From a virus (Duplodnaviria > Caudoviricetes): DNA of 37,829 bases. The first letter of the stretch is position 1; every line of letters begins with the position of its first letter. Under the pieces are notes generated by a model that was not told the origin of the DNA, made no database searches, and saw nothing but the letters and a program-made list of their open reading frames with translations. Where the stretch lies: positions 1-37,829 of the IMG/VR virus record IMGVR_UViG_3300020592_000105; one strand, given 5' to 3'. This document shows positions 34,572-37,829 of this stretch, piece by piece. Position numbers and translations under genes: made by a program.

Positions 34572-34946
34572 CTACGCCTTGATGAGGAGCTTCGGCCGGA
34601 TCTTCCCTGTCCGGCAGTCGGCGGCGACACTGAACGGCACGCCGGGGCGGTCTGCGCCGAACGCCCTGCCGATGGCCGCGAGGATCTCTTTTGACCCGGG
34701 CCCGCCCGTCGCGACGAGCATGATAGCCGCGTCGGCCAGCACGTCGCGGATCGTCGCTTTGTCCGCCTCGAGCCTTCCGGCTGCGGCAGCCTCCCGCTTC
34801 CTCGCACGGCTCTTGCGCATCGCCTCGCGCATGTAGGCCCGGCGCTCGTCCTCGCCCAGCCCGACGAACTTCGTCCCCGGCCGCTTCGCCGTAGTCAGAT
34901 GCTCGTAGAGCCGCATCATCGCCTTGTCCTGCGTCATGTCAGTCAT
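34572..34946 (-). CDS. hypothetical basic helical protein divergent from rep
   Basis: GGGAGA RBS before MTDMTQ; RRAYMREAMRKSRARKRE basic helix. Confidence 0.65.
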   Translation of the reverse strand: MTDMTQDKAMMRLYEHLTTAKRPGTKFVGLGEDERRAYMREAMRKSRARKREAAAAGRLEADKATIRDVLADAAIMLVATGGPGSKEILAAIGRAFGADRPGVPFSVAADCRTGKIRPKLLIKA

Positions 34947-35049
34947 CGTCGTCTCCCGTCGGCACCAGCGCCTGCAAACAGGTTTTGACGTCGGCGAGCC
35001 TAAAACAAGATTTTCACAGGTTAAAACGCAAAAATTTCTGCTCCATGCA

Positions 35050-35400
35050 AAGGCTTCGCCAGGACGCCTGTCGGCGAGCGTTGACGTGAATCCTTTACGG
35101 AGCCGGACACCCATCCGGCGGAGCCCAGCCAGCCTACGGCGTGAAGGATTCGAATCCTCAGTGCGGGGACACGACTCCGTCTGCAACGGTGCAGGACTGG
35201 CACTGCCCCTTCTGATATGCTCGGCCAAAGCCTCTGTCCGAAGGACCCACCCCCGGTTCTTCTTTGCCGAAGGCACACGTCGACGGCACGGCCCTACGGG
35301 GAGCCGGATTCATCCGCGCCTGGAGCCTTCACGGGAGCGAGACGAAGACGTCAGCGCCGTCGGCAGACGACTCCGATACGGCCGTCAGGCCCGGCCCGAA
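35050..35400 (+). ncRNA. candidate structured non-coding element (RNA or ssDNA)
   Basis: Series of multibranch stems with + strand G-U/G-T wobbles; TTGACG-N16-AAGATT promoter-like sequence at 34985-35012. Confidence 0.35.
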
Positions 35401-35506
35401 TCTGCACCGGATAACGAAGTCGAAAATCTTCTGCTTAGTATTGTCGGGAAATCGGCCCTGCGAATCCTTCCAAAAGCCTTGCTGGCCGCGATACGGTCAA
35501 CAATTG

Positions 35507-35726
35507 TTTTGTCCCAATTTCCGTAAGTTGGCCACGCCTCAAGAATCCATTTTGTCCCAATTTCCGTAAGTTTTCCCTGCGAACCTGCATTTCATTTTGT
35601 CCAACCTACATCTGGCATGGGACAGAACATTGATTTCGCAAAGGAATTTCCTTTTGTCCCATGCTCCGTGGGGACGGGACAAAGCGATTTCGTCCCTTAG
35701 CGAAATTTTGTGGGACGAAATCGCTT
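35507..35726. repeat. iteron-type replication origin
   Basis: 23-bp direct repeat TTTTGTCCCAATTTCCGTAAGTT at 35507 and 35550; further TTT(T/C)GTCC cores in both orientations near 35595, 35619, 35652, 35676, 35688 and 35712; AT-rich; upstream of rep. Confidence 0.75.
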
Positions 35727-35730
35727 GACG
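35682..35730 (+). promoter_or_regulatory. rep promoter -35 overlapped by a 15-bp inverted repeat (autorepression operator)
   Basis: AAGCGATTTCGTCCC (35682-35696) / GGGACGAAATCGCTT (35712-35726); TTGACG at 35725-35730. Confidence 0.6.
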
Positions 35731-35758
35731 TCAGCAAGAGATCCCCGAACCCTCAAAT

Positions 35759-35773
35759 GAACAAGACAAGAAC
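35759..35773 (+). promoter_or_regulatory. alphaproteobacterial LexA (SOS) box
   Basis: GAAC-AAGACAA-GAAC, an exact GAAC-N7-GAAC, 14 nt before the rep ATG. Confidence 0.6.
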
Positions 35774-35787
35774 GCAGGGGGTCTTTC

Positions 35788-37410
35788 ATGCTTCACCAAC
35801 CCAAGACCAAGATTCCGGCAGCCCGTCCGTTCAGGCCGTTCGTCCCCGGCGCGCGTGGTGACCTCGGCAGGGCGCTGGCGAGCCGCAAGAGTTTTGAGAC
35901 GATCGCGCCGGAGTCTCCGCGTCCGTCGGAGATGCTGTCGGAAGTCGCTTTCAGCGGTCGCGACAGGCTGACCGCTGACGACGAGGCGTTGCACCAAGTC
36001 CTCGTCTCTCGCGCCTACGAGAGCGACCCGTCGATGTCGGCGGACATGCACTCGATGGAGATGGCGGAGGCGATCGTCTGTCTCGGCAGCCGCGTCGAGC
36101 GCAGCGACGTCCGGGCCTCGCTTGCGCGGCTCAAGACGACCACCGTGTCATACGGCCATCCCGGCGGCAGGCGTTACGAAGATGTGCCGTTTCTGGAGGG
36201 GTGGATCGAGGTCGGTCCGGACTCCGACACGATCCGCTACCGCCTTCCTGAGCCGCTTCGGGAGCTGATGCGCGACCAGCGCAGCGGCTACGCCTACGTC
36301 GAGCTCACCGCTTTCCCGAGGATGAAGTCAAAATTCTCCAGCCGTCTCTACAAGCGTTTCGCGCTGCTGGCGCGCCAGTCGCCGTGGAAGGCGGGCGAGA
36401 GTAACGCCGTCACCATCAGGGCCACCCCGGACGAGATCGCCGCCTGGGTCGGCTTCCCCGTCGGCCGAGACGGCAGGGTGCACGGCGGCAAGCTGAAGGA
36501 CCGCGTCCTAGACAAACTTGGCCACGACTTTCGGGACGTCAGGGCTTTTTCGCTCGACGTGAGACTCGACCATGGCGGACGCGGCAACGCGTTGCGCGGC
36601 GTCGACTTCACGATCCGCGTCGCGCCGCCGGCGCATCACACCGTGCCGATGACCTTCGACCCCTGCAAGGATCGGGTCAGGGTCGGAGCGAAGGACGTCG
36701 CCGAGTACAGGGTTGAGAGCCGGACATGGCGACGCGCGGCGGTGACGTTCGGCAAGGCACTGGGCATGATCAATCGGCAGCTCGCCGATTTCTGGCAGCT
36801 GGCGCTCAACGAGGCGCTGACCGGGGAGCCGCTTTCGGACGGCTACGCGACCCGTCGCTACCGTGGCGATAGTCTGCTGTCCGAGATCGCGGCAAGGGGC
36901 GCGGACGCGGCTGCCTGGGGTTTCCTCGGCGAAGAAGCGGCGGAGCCTGACCTCGCGGCCCGCCGCACGAAAGACCGCGAGACGTTCCTCGAAGCCGAGC
37001 GCGCGGCCGAGAAGGCGCGCTACGACCGCATCGACTTCGGCAAGCGGCAGAAGAAAACCTCGGCCTCGTCGTCGAGGAAGGCCGAGGTTCCGGAAGTCCC
37101 GGCAGCCCAGCCTGCACAGGCAGCCGCCGAGCCGGAGGTTGTGGCCCTGACGTTCGAAACATGCCGCGAAATATTGCTGACGCTCGACCCGGCGGTCAAC
37201 GTCCACGACATGCGCGGCATCGTGGTCCCTGCCATCAAGAGCTGGCAGTATACTGGCGATCGCCTGGTCACCCTCACTGTCCGGTACGTCGTCGGTGGGG
37301 GCTGCTACGACCGCTACCGGGTCGGCTGCTACACGCTCTCGGAAGACGACCTGGACGGCCTTCTCAAGCGCCTCTGGCGCTACATCGACGGCGAAGAGGA
37401 GTACCTGTGA
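35788..37410 (+). CDS. plasmid-type replication initiator (Rep_3/RepB winged-helix family) with C-terminal extension
   Basis: VRASLARLKTTTV, IRYRLPEPLREL, YAYVEL..FPRMKSKFSSRLY, K.KDRVL...GRGN.L..VDFTI motifs; adjacent iterons. Confidence 0.8.
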   Translation: MLHQPKTKIPAARPFRPFVPGARGDLGRALASRKSFETIAPESPRPSEMLSEVAFSGRDRLTADDEALHQVLVSRAYESDPSMSADMHSMEMAEAIVCLGSRVERSDVRASLARLKTTTVSYGHPGGRRYEDVPFLEGWIEVGPDSDTIRYRLPEPLRELMRDQRSGYAYVELTAFPRMKSKFSSRLYKRFALLARQSPWKAGESNAVTIRATPDEIAAWVGFPVGRDGRVHGGKLKDRVLDKLGHDFRDVRAFSLDVRLDHGGRGNALRGVDFTIRVAPPAHHTVPMTFDPCKDRVRVGAKDVAEYRVESRTWRRAAVTFGKALGMINRQLADFWQLALNEALTGEPLSDGYATRRYRGDSLLSEIAARGADAAAWGFLGEEAAEPDLAARRTKDRETFLEAERAAEKARYDRIDFGKRQKKTSASSSRKAEVPEVPAAQPAQAAAEPEVVALTFETCREILLTLDPAVNVHDMRGIVVPAIKSWQYTGDRLVTLTVRYVVGGGCYDRYRVGCYTLSEDDLDGLLKRLWRYIDGEEEYL

Positions 37411-37829
37411 TGAAGATCGACGCGCTGCGCATCATGGCCATCTCCAAGGAAAGAGGGTGGAAGACAGGCGAGGAGGCTCGCCTGATCGAGGAGTACCGAA
37501 GCCGTCCAGCTCCGGCCGAGGACGTCGCGCCATGGCTCCGCTTCTTGCTGGAGCCTGACGCTATTGCCGACTGCAGGCGGTTCTATCAGGACATCTACCA
37601 GCTCGGTCTCTCCATCCGTGATCCCGAGGATTTCATCGAGCGCCAGTTCGTCGCCCGCATGGCGGAACGCTGGCCGGCCATTGCGGCTGCCAACAGCGTG
37701 TTGGGCGGGAAGATCGCTGCCGTCCTGCGGCTGGCTGCGCGCAAGAGGGGGCAGGTACCTGGCTGGTATGGCTTCGCACATGGACTGTCGATCGGACATC
37801 CCCAGGATGTGGAAAGTGAATGCGACCGC
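37410..37829 (+). CDS. hypothetical protein, partial (MKIDALRIMAISKERGW...)
   Basis: TGATG-coupled to the rep stop; open to window end. Confidence 0.6.
   Translation, partial: MKIDALRIMAISKERGWKTGEEARLIEEYRSRPAPAEDVAPWLRFLLEPDAIADCRRFYQDIYQLGLSIRDPEDFIERQFVARMAERWPAIAAANSVLGGKIAAVLRLAARKRGQVPGWYGFAHGLSIGHPQDVESECDR

Noticed and set aside
35140-35165. tRNA-like T-arm (GGATTCGAATCC)
   Set aside because: It is a palindrome; no acceptor stem, D-arm or anticodon arm could be built on either strand
34947-35276. N-terminal extension of ORF 34572-35276 and + strand ORF 34924-35526
   Set aside because: A good RBS supports the start at 34946; the upstream translation is non-protein-like and spans AT-rich promoter and origin DNA
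35507-35572. CRISPR mini-array
   Set aside because: Only two 23-bp copies with a 20-bp spacer, no cas genes, and it shares its core with iterons next to rep
1-37829. Gene transfer agent
   Set aside because: Lambda-type terminase, portal and capsid, a putative cos site and an own replicon indicate a true phage, not an RcGTA-like cluster

Overview
GC-rich (roughly 65% by eye) temperate siphophage genome segment that also carries a plasmid-type replicon, so it is probably a phage-plasmid. The host is probably an alphaproteobacterium (Rhizobiales-like), judged from tail gene style and an alpha-type LexA box. The minus strand carries a lambda-like late region in this order: gpZ-like gene, accessory island, putative cos, terminase small and large subunits, gpW, portal, moron, HK97-type protease/scaffold, gpD-like decoration protein, gpE-like capsid, Gly-rich fibre module, head-tail and tail genes, tape measure, tail tip, a T5 A1-like metallophosphoesterase, and a lysis cassette (endolysin, HTH gene, holin, i- and o-spanin). 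At the right end a Rep_3-like initiator on the plus strand is preceded by iteron-like repeats, an operator palindrome, a GAAC-N7-GAAC SOS box and about 350 nt of strongly structured non-coding sequence. A ~7 kb accessory island between the gpZ-like gene and cos holds a ParB/Srx-like gene, an HTH gene, a DUF488/dual-OB-like/membrane/HEPN operon, membrane proteins and an orphan AbiEii-like nucleotidyltransferase. No integrase, protelomerase, tRNA or CRISPR array was seen. All family calls come from motif recognition by eye, not database searches.
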